From a virus (Duplodnaviria; Caudoviricetes), in IMG/VR virus record IMGVR_UViG_3300037046_000015, positions 1-26,917 of that record: a stretch of 26,917 nt of DNA; one strand, given 5' to 3'. The notes beneath the pieces were generated by a model that worked only from the letters and a program-made list of their open reading frames with translations, was not told the origin of the DNA and ran no database searches. The position numbers and the translations under genes were made by a program. Positions 1-8,293 of this stretch are shown in pieces (the first letter of the stretch is position 1; every line of letters begins with the position of its first letter).

Positions 1-570
1 TCTCAGCGCCCGCCACGCAGCCCACTCGAGCACGTCGAGGTGGTACTCCTCGGGAATCTCAGGTACAGCCTTGAGGTCGGCGGCGGTCAGCGGCTCCAGC
101 GGCTTACGCGCCACGCGCAGGATCAGCTCGTACCCATCCAAACTGTCGTCAGGTGCCGGGTACACACCCATACGGCCCGACTCGCGGTCGGTGTAGAACC
201 ACATCGGCGTAGCGCGGCGGCCCCAGTCCTCGATCGGACGGCTGTGCGCCCGGTCGCTGGTTCCCAGCATCCCGCTGTAGGTTGTCCTGCGCAGGTGCGT
301 GGCCCCTATGCGGGCGCCGAAAATAGCCACGACGCGGGGGTCCAAGTCGTAGCTTTCCACCCCCGTAGCCAAGGCTACACGGGTTACCGCCGGCGTCGAT
401 TCGTCGCGGATGCACAGGGTGTTGACCGCGAACTTTACCACCCCGTCCTGTATGTAGCGGACGAGGGAGCGGGTGTCCGTGAGGTAGCTGTCTGGGTTGT
501 GCCCGACTTCGTCAGACGTGTCGCGCAGAATATTCTCCCGCAGCTCCTCCAGCAGCTCCTCTAGGTTCAT
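1..570 (-). CDS. Putative head-tail adaptor/connector protein (3' end runs off the window)
   Basis: Not in the ORF track because it lacks a stop in the window. Hand translation from ATG 570 is open for 190 codons: MNLEELLEELRENILRD...GVYPAPD...PEIPEEYHLDVLEWAAWRALR. The YPxP and PEIPExYH...WAxxRA motifs resemble podovirus adaptors, and it lies downstream of the capsid gene. Confidence 0.6.
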   Translation of the reverse strand, partial: MNLEELLEELRENILRDTSDEVGHNPDSYLTDTRSLVRYIQDGVVKFAVNTLCIRDESTPAVTRVALATGVESYDLDPRVVAIFGARIGATHLRRTTYSGMLGTSDRAHSRPIEDWGRRATPMWFYTDRESGRMGVYPAPDDSLDGYELILRVARKPLEPLTAADLKAVPEIPEEYHLDVLEWAAWRALR

Positions 571-571
571 A

Positions 572-961
572 TCACATGCCGTCCGGGTGCATGGTGTACG
601 GCAGGCGCGGGGCGTTGCGCATACCAGTGATCTGCATCTTGTCGTTGATCTCAGGCAACGCGTGGACGGCGTTGTTCAGGACTTCCAGTACGCTCGCCGG
701 GACTTTGGTGCGCTTGCCCGGCACAAGGATGTACTGCTTCCCATTGACGCCGATGAACTGGCCGTTCGGTGGGATTTCCTTGTTGTCGTGCAGGGTGATC
801 TCGTACATACGCTCGACCTGCACGGGCTTGGCGGCCTCGGCGTTCTTCGAGGTATGGCGAGGAGCGCGGCTACGTGGCTTAGCTTCTTTCTTTGCGGGGG
901 CTGGTGCACCGATAGCGGCTTCCGAGCTGGTGCCCGGTGCGTTTGGTCCGAGGTTGTCCAT
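572..961 (-). CDS. Conserved hypothetical protein of the head module (129 aa)
   Basis: Coupled to both neighbours, SD-like AAGG upstream. FIGVNGKQYILVPGKRTKVPASVLEVL is a motif type I recognise downstream of N4-gp56-type capsid genes. Confidence 0.7.
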   Translation of the reverse strand: MDNLGPNAPGTSSEAAIGAPAPAKKEAKPRSRAPRHTSKNAEAAKPVQVERMYEITLHDNKEIPPNGQFIGVNGKQYILVPGKRTKVPASVLEVLNNAVHALPEINDKMQITGMRNAPRLPYTMHPDGM

Positions 962-1209
962 CAGTCAGTACCTTTCTTGAATGCTTCTGTCAGGGCTTCG
1001 TCGAAGTCATCGCTGGCCTCTGGCTTCTTCCGCAGCTGCGGGAGTAGCGTGGTGAGGTCGGCGAGCAACGCTTCTGGTGTTTCGTATACCCGCTGCCGCT
1101 CGGGGTCTTGCCACGAGGAGTCAGACTTACGGTTTTGTGCGCGGATTTCTGGGTCGTCGTAGGCGAGGATCAACCCGTTATCGGCGACGCTGATTCGCAT
1201 GTAGTCCAT
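961..1209 (-). CDS. Hypothetical protein (82 aa, MDYMRISVAD...)
   Basis: ORF track gives 961..1242. ATG 1209 has GGAG upstream whereas 1242 has no SD. Stop overlaps the next start. Confidence 0.65.
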   Translation of the reverse strand: MDYMRISVADNGLILAYDDPEIRAQNRKSDSSWQDPERQRVYETPEALLADLTTLLPQLRKKPEASDDFDEALTEAFKKGTD

Positions 1210-1240
1210 GTAGTCGCTCCGTACTACTGCCATTTCGCCC

Positions 1241-1273
1241 ATAAAGTAAACCCCGCACTAGACGGGGTTTACT
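1241..1273 (-). terminator. Probable intrinsic terminator after the major capsid gene
   Basis: AGTAAACCCCG-cactaga-CGGGGTTTACT 11-bp stem (1245-1273) followed by a short U-rich tail on the minus strand. Confidence 0.65.
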
Positions 1274-1299
1274 ATCAGCCAATGCCTACCAAGTGTCAA
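1271..1299 (-). promoter_or_regulatory. Sigma70-like promoter candidate TTGACA-N17-GATAGT
   Basis: Consensus -35 overlapping the capsid stop codon, 17-nt spacer, -10 matching 4/6. Confidence 0.4.
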
Positions 1300-2336
1300 T
1301 TCGACGCGGCGACTTCGGCACGTACGAGGAAGGCGTCCTGCAGAATCACAGTAGCGTTCCACAGTTTCCAACCAGCGGTGCCGCGCTGAGCCAGTGGGTC
1401 GTCCGAGGACGGCTTGGGCTGGACCACCATGATGGTGGCGACGTTCTTGCCGCGCAGAACCACGGAACCGAAGGCATCACGCGCCAGGTAGATGATCGGG
1501 TACACGTCGGCGTTGGTGCCGGTAGTGCTGATCATCGAACCGGCCGCGCCGCCGGCGTTCGCCCACGACTCGAACACGGTGGAGCGGATGTAGCGAACAT
1601 CTTCCACTGCGCCCAGCTCGCCGGGGAACGGAGTCACCGACGCGTAGTGCTTGGTGGAGATGAACCCGTCCATGTCGCGGATATCGTTCTCGACGTCCGG
1701 GTGGACCAGAGCGATGTACGACGCCTCGATCGGCTGGGTGTTGTACGCCGGGCTGGACTTCAGCGCCGAGGTGATCATCGGTGCGTTCTGGCGCTTCAGC
1801 GAGCGAGTGATACGGCGCTGCATCTCCAGGGTGATCGGAGTGTTCACCGCAGCGCGGCTCGCGCCGTTCGCGTAGAACACGTTGGTGCCGGACTTCAGCA
1901 CGTTGAACCGCAGGGTTTCCACGGTCAGCGCAGCGGAGTCGCCGAGCAGGGCCATCAGCTCGCGCAGCAGGGCAGGATAGTCCTCGTGGGTATCCTGAAT
2001 CACGTCGGTGAAACCGACGAAGTCGCCGTACTGCTGCATCTGTACGGTGTAGTCCTTGCTCGCCAGCTTCTTGCCGACCGGAGTGACACCCTCGGTGAGG
2101 GGAGTCAGCGCCATCGGCATGCTGTAATTGCCCGGCTCGCCGGAGTAAGAACCGGTGCCACCTTCTAGGAAGTAGCGGCGGAACTTGGCGGTCTGGGTGT
2201 TGTTGGTCGGCACCACGAACGACTGACCGAAACGCTCGATGGTCATGTTCGGGATGGCGCGGCTCAGGAAGCCAGCGATAGAGTACGCTGCCTGACGCGG
2301 GGTAATGTCGCCGTAAGCTGTTCCGGTGTAGGCCAT
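1296..2336 (-). CDS. Major capsid protein, N4-gp56 family (346 aa)
   Basis: YGDITPR start, KFRRY, LTEGVTP, QYGDF, HPD, ELGAVEDVRYI, DVYPII and DPLAQRGTAGWK motifs. AAGGAG SD. Position after the scaffold-like gene. Confidence 0.93.
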   Translation of the reverse strand: MAYTGTAYGDITPRQAAYSIAGFLSRAIPNMTIERFGQSFVVPTNNTQTAKFRRYFLEGGTGSYSGEPGNYSMPMALTPLTEGVTPVGKKLASKDYTVQMQQYGDFVGFTDVIQDTHEDYPALLRELMALLGDSAALTVETLRFNVLKSGTNVFYANGASRAAVNTPITLEMQRRITRSLKRQNAPMITSALKSSPAYNTQPIEASYIALVHPDVENDIRDMDGFISTKHYASVTPFPGELGAVEDVRYIRSTVFESWANAGGAAGSMISTTGTNADVYPIIYLARDAFGSVVLRGKNVATIMVVQPKPSSDDPLAQRGTAGWKLWNATVILQDAFLVRAEVAASN

Positions 2337-2362
2337 GATGGCGCTCCTTATCGTTCAGTCGT

Positions 2363-3337
2363 TCAAGAATTGGCCAGCGCTTGGGCGGCTTCTTCAAATG
2401 CACCGTCGAAGTCGTTCTTGTCCGCACCCTGTTGGCGCGGGCGCTGTGCTGCCGGTACTGCTGCCAGTGCGGAAACCACCTTGGGGTCTGGGACCTTGCG
2501 CGGCTTCTGCTGTTCTTGCGCGGCTGACGAGGCTGGTGAGGCTGGCGCTGCACCCGTCTGACCTTTCGCTGCCTTGTAGAGGTTCAGCACCTCTACCACC
2601 TGGGCCGCCGAACCTTTTTCCAGCGCCGATCGCAGTGCTGGTTGGTATACAGCAGGCTGGGTATCCACCCACTTTACCACTTCGGGTGCCACCTGATCCA
2701 GATCAGGATGCACGGCGAGAATGGCATTGCGGTGGCTGTTCACCTCCACCGATTGAACGGAGTTCATCAGTGGCGCCAGAACAGTGTTCAGTTGCTTGGT
2801 GTACGCACTCAGTGCGTTACCAACTGCGGCCTGTACCCGGGCGTCAGTCATGCGGTCGATGGCCGCGTACTCGTCCGGCCACTCGGCCTTGAATTTGTCG
2901 ATCGACGCTTTGTCCGCGTCAGACAGCAGGTCGTCCGCCTTCAGCTGCGGAGCGTCCTGCTGCTGTTCTTCGGTGCGGCGGCGCTCAGCTTCGGCCTGGG
3001 CCTCGGCGATAGCCTGAGCCAGGAACTTCGGGTCCAGCTGTTGCTGGGCAGGAAGTTCCGCCGGCTCGGGTTTCTGGCCGTCGGCAGCGCCTTCTTCCTG
3101 ACCGTCCGGCTTCTGGTCGTCGGCAGCGCCTTCTTCCTGATCGTCAGGATTCTGGTCGTCGGCAGCGCCTTCTTCCTGATCGTCCGGCTTCTGGTCGTCG
3201 GCAGCGCCTTCTTCCTGATCGTCAGGATTCTGGGTGTCTACTGGCGCCTGGTACTCCTCGCCCGACGCAGCAGCAAACGCGGCGTCAAAATCATCCGAAG
3301 TATCAGTTGCGTCGTTTGTATCGTTAGGTGTGTCCAT
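2363..3337 (-). CDS. Putative scaffolding/head assembly protein (324 aa, acidic, helical)
   Basis: Lies between portal and capsid genes. Acidic disordered N-terminus, helical core, HPD motif, low-complexity C-terminus. Confidence 0.7.
   Translation of the reverse strand: MDTPNDTNDATDTSDDFDAAFAAASGEEYQAPVDTQNPDDQEEGAADDQKPDDQEEGAADDQNPDDQEEGAADDQKPDGQEEGAADGQKPEPAELPAQQQLDPKFLAQAIAEAQAEAERRRTEEQQQDAPQLKADDLLSDADKASIDKFKAEWPDEYAAIDRMTDARVQAAVGNALSAYTKQLNTVLAPLMNSVQSVEVNSHRNAILAVHPDLDQVAPEVVKWVDTQPAVYQPALRSALEKGSAAQVVEVLNLYKAAKGQTGAAPASPASSAAQEQQKPRKVPDPKVVSALAAVPAAQRPRQQGADKNDFDGAFEEAAQALANS
3072..3233. repeat. 39-bp tandem repeat x4 (plus 6 bp) encoding a 13-aa unit PDDQEEGAADDQ(K/N)
   Basis: Unit TTCTGGYCGTCGGCAGCGCCTTCTTCCTGAYCGTC(CGGC/AGGA) read directly; unit ends alternate CGGC and AGGA. 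Confidence 0.95.
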
Positions 3338-3343
3338 AGTGGC

Positions 3344-3372
3344 TATCTACTCCGCCGTCTGTGCTCTGTCAA
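3344..3372 (-). promoter_or_regulatory. Sigma70-like promoter candidate TTGACA-N17-TAGATA upstream of scaffold/capsid
   Basis: Consensus -35 at 3367-3372 in an AT-richer intergenic gap; weak -10. Confidence 0.35.
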
Positions 3373-3385
3373 GTTTTTGGCCCTA

Positions 3386-3613
3386 TTACTGGGCCTTCAA
3401 CAATCCAACCAGCTTGTTGATCCGCTCGACGTCCCCCTGCGCGCGGTACAGCGCTACTGGGTCAGACGCCGATACTAGGGTCCTGTTCGCTTTCAGCTGC
3501 TCATCAGCCAGATACTTCAACAAGGCTAGGTGCAGCGGGCTGCCCTCCTGCGCCTTGGCGGCCTTGTTGAGTTCGTTGCGAGAGGGCGACGAGTTGTTCT
3601 GGGCTTGTTCCAT
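3386..3613 (-). CDS. Small conserved protein between portal and scaffold (75 aa)
   Basis: LYRAQG motif typical of small helical proteins at this position in podoviruses. GGAGG upstream. Overlaps the portal ORF by 110 nt. Confidence 0.65.
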   Translation of the reverse strand: MEQAQNNSSPSRNELNKAAKAQEGSPLHLALLKYLADEQLKANRTLVSASDPVALYRAQGDVERINKLVGLLKAQ

Positions 3614-5600
3614 TCTTCAGCGCCTCCAGTAGGGCTTTGAGTACCGCGACGTCGGCCGAGTCCAAGTTCTTCTGGGCCTGGCTCATGGCCTTGAGCGTGT
3701 CGGCCTTGATCTCGCCGAGCTGCGCCGCCAGCATCTGCGCTTGCTGCTCCTGCGCTTGCTGCTGCGCTTGCTGCTGGGCCTGCTGGGCCTGCGCAACTTC
3801 CTCCTCCGACGCCAGTAAATCGTCCAGCGGCAGGTCTCGGACCTTCAGCCGCTCGATCAGCAGCTGCTTCGGGCGCAAGAAGATGCGTTCGTCGTCGCGG
3901 ATAGTAGTAGCCAACTGGTCGAGCGCGAACGCCCGAACCTCTTTCGCCATCAGTGTGGTCGCGCCGCGAGCTACCGGACGCACATCGCCCTGCATCTTGT
4001 CACTGTCGGCGTGGAACTGACGGTTCCACTGGACCAGCGACTGGATGACGCTGACCGTGAACCGGTCGAAGTTCCGCACGATATCCTTGAACGGTAGCGC
4101 GGCGTTACTGTAGATCATCGACGCCCCGCCGGTGGTGCGCATAGCCTCTCCGGGCACACCCTCGACGTCGCCGCCAGTTACCGGACTGACGAAGGTCTCG
4201 TCGTCGGCGAACTGATTGAACCGCTGAATAGCCTGCAGCAGCTCGTTGATGTGCGAGTCGAAGCTGATCGAACGCACGGCCTGTTGCCCCTGCGTACCGC
4301 CTTCGCGGAGCCACACCTTGAACGGCTTGATCTCGTGGTTGTTCTGGCTGGTGGAAATCAGGTCGAGGTCGACTTCCACGTTCGGGCCGCAGACGGTCGA
4401 CGCGTTGTCGATCAACATGCGTGCGAACGACGCCACTGCCAGCTGGCTGTCGCGCATGATCGGCGGCAGGCCCGAACCCATCAGATTGACCTCGTCTTCC
4501 TCGAATACGAACTGGTGGAACACCTTCGTACCGAAGTCGAACGGGTTGCGAGCGAGCTTGATGATGCGGTCAGCCAGCAACCACGCCGTGTAGCGGACCT
4601 CGCCAGTGACGTCTTCCCCAAGCTCGAGCCCGGCCTTGCGCAGCGTCTTCGCCGGGGCAGACCCCCAATACTCAACGAGTTCGTACTTGTTGCGCTCGCG
4701 CACCGTGTTCGCGGCCTGACCACCGAGCTGCTGCAACAGCCCCTCGTGGGAGTAGCGCTCGTAGTTCCCCTCCGGGTTCCGCTGGATCAGGTCACGGATC
4801 AGCTCACCTTCGAAGTCCTCGCGCTCCGCCAGCTGCATAAGCTGCGCGCGGGAGTAGACGTGACGCTGGAACTCGCCTTCCATCTGTTCGAATGACGAGG
4901 CGCTCATGTCGGGGTAATAATTCCAGCACGGCACGAACTCGAAGTAAGGGCGCAGTGCGTCCACCTCTACGACCTGCACCACACCCTGCTGGTCCAGCTC
5001 GTAGCGAGACTGCTTGTCGCTGACGATCATCGGTCCCTTTACGACACCAGGGCCGTACAGCACGGCCGAGTGCACCACCCGACGTACCAGCGTCTCGTAA
5101 TCGCAGCTGTCGTACGGGTTAACGTCCTTGAGCTGGTCCTCGATCGCCTTCTCCTGCGCCTCGGCAGTGCGCTTGGCAATGTCGCGAAGCAGCTGGTCCA
5201 GCGTAGCCTGCGTCGGCTGTGTCTCTGGGTTGGCGAGTCGCCATTCGTCCAGGGCTTCGATTAGCGTTTCGGCCGGTATACTAGGTACACGGCTGGCGGA
5301 CAACCCCCAGTTGCGCTCGCCGGCGGGGAACAGCAGTGACATAAGACGGGACACCATACTCACGCACTTGACGCGCGTGCGTTTCGGGTACGCGCGGCTG
5401 GTTTCCGGCGTCATCTTGTCTTCGTAGTCGGGGTCGTACTTGCCGAGGTACTGGCGCAGGTTCTTCAACCACTGCTCCTCGGCTGGCGCGCGGTCCTTTT
5501 TGTATACGGCGAACCGTGCACCCAGCGTGGTCGCCAGAGCGCCACGTCCTTCGCTTGGGTCTGGTAGGTTGTCTACCTGCGGCAGGTCATCGTTTTCCAT
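3504..5600 (-). CDS. Portal protein (698 aa)
   Basis: Follows terL. Size, YGPGVVKGP, WNYYPD, GSGLPPIMRDSQ, IDNA motifs and Q/A-rich coiled C-terminus fit podovirus portals. Confidence 0.88.
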   Translation of the reverse strand: MENDDLPQVDNLPDPSEGRGALATTLGARFAVYKKDRAPAEEQWLKNLRQYLGKYDPDYEDKMTPETSRAYPKRTRVKCVSMVSRLMSLLFPAGERNWGLSASRVPSIPAETLIEALDEWRLANPETQPTQATLDQLLRDIAKRTAEAQEKAIEDQLKDVNPYDSCDYETLVRRVVHSAVLYGPGVVKGPMIVSDKQSRYELDQQGVVQVVEVDALRPYFEFVPCWNYYPDMSASSFEQMEGEFQRHVYSRAQLMQLAEREDFEGELIRDLIQRNPEGNYERYSHEGLLQQLGGQAANTVRERNKYELVEYWGSAPAKTLRKAGLELGEDVTGEVRYTAWLLADRIIKLARNPFDFGTKVFHQFVFEEDEVNLMGSGLPPIMRDSQLAVASFARMLIDNASTVCGPNVEVDLDLISTSQNNHEIKPFKVWLREGGTQGQQAVRSISFDSHINELLQAIQRFNQFADDETFVSPVTGGDVEGVPGEAMRTTGGASMIYSNAALPFKDIVRNFDRFTVSVIQSLVQWNRQFHADSDKMQGDVRPVARGATTLMAKEVRAFALDQLATTIRDDERIFLRPKQLLIERLKVRDLPLDDLLASEEEVAQAQQAQQQAQQQAQEQQAQMLAAQLGEIKADTLKAMSQAQKNLDSADVAVLKALLEALKNGTSPEQLVALSQRTQQGRQGAGGQPAAPSLVEVSG

Positions 5601-5604
5601 TTTC

Positions 5605-7026
5605 TCACCAAACGTAGGAATTGCGCGGCTTTGGGCCGAAGCCTACAGACGCCGCCGTGCGACGTCTAGCGTCACGGGCTTGGCCACTGCGGAACTCCAT
5701 GGCCAGGTATTGCATAGCGTCATGCACGTGACTGAAGCTGTTCTTCTCCGGCGAGTCCGCGGTCTGCCCCTTGTTGCTGACGGCATACCGGTAACCGGAC
5801 TTGAACCCACGGATCAGGGTAGTACAGGACGGGTCGATCAGCAGTGCAGGACCGGCATCGGTCAACCGGCAGAGCGGATCGTTCACGGCGTCCAGGCGTG
5901 CCACCAAGGCGTTGCTCGAAGCCGGGCGTACCTTGACCCCCAACTCCTCCTCAAGAATCTGCCGCACCGTGCGCTCGTCCGTCTGCGCCCGCTGGGCCGT
6001 AGCCGGGTCTGCAGCGATCAGCAACGACGAGCGCGCGAACTGTACGTTGAGTATGGGCTTGACCTTCTCACGGCAGAACCGCCGTGCACCCATGTTCTCG
6101 CTGGTCAGCTCTCCGAGTACCAGCAGGCGCCCGTGGGCGTCCATCTGCCCGAAGACAGCGGCCGGGGTCAGACCGGCGTCGAACCCCATTACCAGCGGCA
6201 GGTGGGGGTTATAGATCAGCGGGCGCTTGGCCACGTGCAGGTCAGGGTTGAACGCCCGGTACACGGGCTTGCCCTTCAGGCTGTAGCCCCACTGCACCTC
6301 GATGAACTGCTTGATCCACTCCTCGGACTTACCGTCCGCCAGGTTTACGTAGTAGTCCCGGCCGCCCGGCAGGTTGTTGATGTTCTCGGCGTGAGGACTG
6401 AACCCACTCGGCTGTTGGAAGTAGCCCAGCTTCTTCTCTTTGGCCGACCCGTCGAAGTCGTTCTCCCACGGCTGGTACAGCCAATCGAACCACCAGCTGT
6501 CCTCATTGCCCGGGTTGGTCGCACCCCACATCCCCCACCACGTCGCACCACCATCCTTCGCCGACGGGTAACGACCACACCGGCCGGACAGGGCCTCAAC
6601 GATCTGCTGGGGAATCTCCACGAACTCGTCGAGGATCGCGCCGGTAACCTCCAGCGACAGTACGCGGCGTACGTCCTCTGGGGTATCGAGGGGGCGGAAC
6701 ATGATCTCGGCCTCCACGTCGCCGAAGCGGAGCCAGAACGTCTTACTGTGCGAGACGTACTTGCCGGCCAGGCCGTCGGGAAACCAAGTAAACCACGACT
6801 TCAGCGTGGTATCCGCTAGCTGCGGTGCGGTGTTACGGACGATCACCCAGCGAGTGCGACGGATGCCGTCCACCGGGGACGGTGCCTGCAGTTGCGCGCG
6901 GTGGACGATCTTGAACAGGATCGCCGTGGTCTTCGCCGAACCGACTGGGCCGACGATGAACGAGTAGAACCGATCGTCGAGGATGAACTGCTCGGCAATC
7001 GGTTCAGGTGTGTAGGTGATGCTCAA
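5605..7026 (-). CDS. terL: Terminase large subunit (473 aa)
   Basis: Walker A GPVGSAKT, VRNT motif, Walker B AILDEF, coupling motif ATNP, nuclease GFDAG and SHVHDAMQY. Confidence 0.95.
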   Translation of the reverse strand: MSITYTPEPIAEQFILDDRFYSFIVGPVGSAKTTAILFKIVHRAQLQAPSPVDGIRRTRWVIVRNTAPQLADTTLKSWFTWFPDGLAGKYVSHSKTFWLRFGDVEAEIMFRPLDTPEDVRRVLSLEVTGAILDEFVEIPQQIVEALSGRCGRYPSAKDGGATWWGMWGATNPGNEDSWWFDWLYQPWENDFDGSAKEKKLGYFQQPSGFSPHAENINNLPGGRDYYVNLADGKSEEWIKQFIEVQWGYSLKGKPVYRAFNPDLHVAKRPLIYNPHLPLVMGFDAGLTPAAVFGQMDAHGRLLVLGELTSENMGARRFCREKVKPILNVQFARSSLLIAADPATAQRAQTDERTVRQILEEELGVKVRPASSNALVARLDAVNDPLCRLTDAGPALLIDPSCTTLIRGFKSGYRYAVSNKGQTADSPEKNSFSHVHDAMQYLAMEFRSGQARDARRRTAASVGFGPKPRNSYVW

Positions 7027-7478
7027 GCGTCGTCTCCGTCGATGGTGATCCCACGCTTGTCATTCTGTCCGAAGTTGATGTTGATCGAGAACCCGGCAAT
7101 GTTCCCCTGGTTCAGTTGCGCCGGCTGGTCCAGCCCGCCCCACCGAACCATGTCTTCGATCAGGCGGGTCACGACCTTCTGGTCCGTCTCCGGCGACATG
7201 ATCATCTCGTGGGCCTTGGCCAGGTAGAAGTCCGCCTGCAGCTGGGCCTTAAGGCGGAACGTCGCGCCCTCTTTCTCCAGCTCCTTGCGCAGGCTGGCGA
7301 CCTGCATCACGAACTGCGGGTTCTGGCAGATCGCCTCGAACTGGTGGAACTGCAGGTCGTGGGCGTCGAGGATCGAGTCCACGCTCGTGTTCAGCGCCAC
7401 GTCCATGACGAGGTGCATCGACCACTCTGGGCGCAGTTCAGGCCCGGTCGGCGACAGTAGGACTAACGGCGTTTGCAT
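7023..7478 (-). CDS. Putative terminase small subunit (151 aa)
   Basis: Overlaps the terL start by 4 nt, AAGGAGG SD, helical body with a C-terminal beta-type FSININFG tail. Confidence 0.65.
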   Translation of the reverse strand: MQTPLVLLSPTGPELRPEWSMHLVMDVALNTSVDSILDAHDLQFHQFEAICQNPQFVMQVASLRKELEKEGATFRLKAQLQADFYLAKAHEMIMSPETDQKVVTRLIEDMVRWGGLDQPAQLNQGNIAGFSININFGQNDKRGITIDGDDA

Positions 7479-7498
7479 GACGGACCTCCTTTTGCGCG

Positions 7499-7527
7499 AG
7501 GGTAGCGACTGGTCGTATGTAAAGCAA
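7499..7527 (-). promoter_or_regulatory. Sigma70-like promoter candidate TTGCTT-N17-TACCCT for the packaging/head operon
   Basis: 17-nt spacing, intergenic, downstream of a terminator and upstream of the SD of 7023..7478. Confidence 0.5.
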
Positions 7528-7561
7528 GTACACTCCGTGGTCTACCAAACCTCGATCGGAC

Positions 7562-7589
7562 AAAAGAAAGCCCGCACGGGGCGGGCTTT
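7562..7589 (-). terminator. Intrinsic terminator after the tail-fibre genes
   Basis: AAAGCCCGC-acggg-GCGGGCTTT stem; the minus strand ends ...GGGCTTTCTTTT. Confidence 0.8.
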
Positions 7590-7603
7590 GGTGGGCTTTT
7601 ACT

Positions 7604-8293
7604 CTATCCGGCATACAGGCACAGCCTGATAGCGACCATGCCCGCGTTTTGTATGTTCCAAATCGCTGCCGGCGGCGTGTACTCGCCGCTTTGGCTAGAC
7701 CCTACCGCTGTCGTCGTACTGTGTGTCTGCGTGGTGCCGAGGCTTTGTCCTGAGTAATTGATCAACAGTTCGCCGGCAGGGTAAGGGGCGACCGCCATAG
7801 TCGCAGGGGAGGCAGACGATGCGTAGATCGTGTCTATTACGTACTTGCCGCCAGCTGGGAGAGTAGGCCCAGCAGGGTGCGTGCCCGACGGGGGGCTTAT
7901 CGAGGTGGATGTCGCGGTTCGTCTCAGCGTAGGCGCTGATCCTGCCCCGGAAAAAACCATAAGAGTAGCGACGCAGCGGCTTGCATTCGCTGCAATCACT
8001 ACGTCGCTTAATGACGTAACCGTCCCAACCCTAGCGCCCCAGCTTTCGCTGCCCGATTCAAGTATGTAAGGTCTCCACCCTGTACGGTCTGGGTCGTACT
8101 GAAACCCCTGGAGCCACAGCACAAGCGTGTCGCCGATCTTCGTACCCGCCGGCAGCGGGAATACGAACTGCGTAGTGGTCGTGTCTTCGAGCGGCTTACT
8201 GCGAGTCGTGGCGCCGAGGAACTGGATACCATCTTCCGTTGGGGGTTCTTCGATGCCCCGCCGGATCGCCGAAGCCAATATGCCAAGCATCAT
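7604..8293 (-). CDS. Putative tail-fibre-associated/receptor-binding protein (229 aa)
   Basis: Start MMLGILAS overlaps the fibre gene stop (ATGA) with GGAGG SD. Ser/Thr/Gly-rich, beta-type sequence with PAGTKIGDTLV motif. Confidence 0.55.
   Translation of the reverse strand: MMLGILASAIRRGIEEPPTEDGIQFLGATTRSKPLEDTTTTQFVFPLPAGTKIGDTLVLWLQGFQYDPDRTGWRPYILESGSESWGARVGTVTSLSDVVIAANASRCVATLMVFSGAGSAPTLRRTATSTSISPPSGTHPAGPTLPAGGKYVIDTIYASSASPATMAVAPYPAGELLINYSGQSLGTTQTHSTTTAVGSSQSGEYTPPAAIWNIQNAGMVAIRLCLYAG

Noticed and set aside
961-1209. YETPEALLADL as another member of the shared C-terminal-motif group
   Set aside because: Only partial similarity, lacks the V-E/Q ending and lies in the structural arm.
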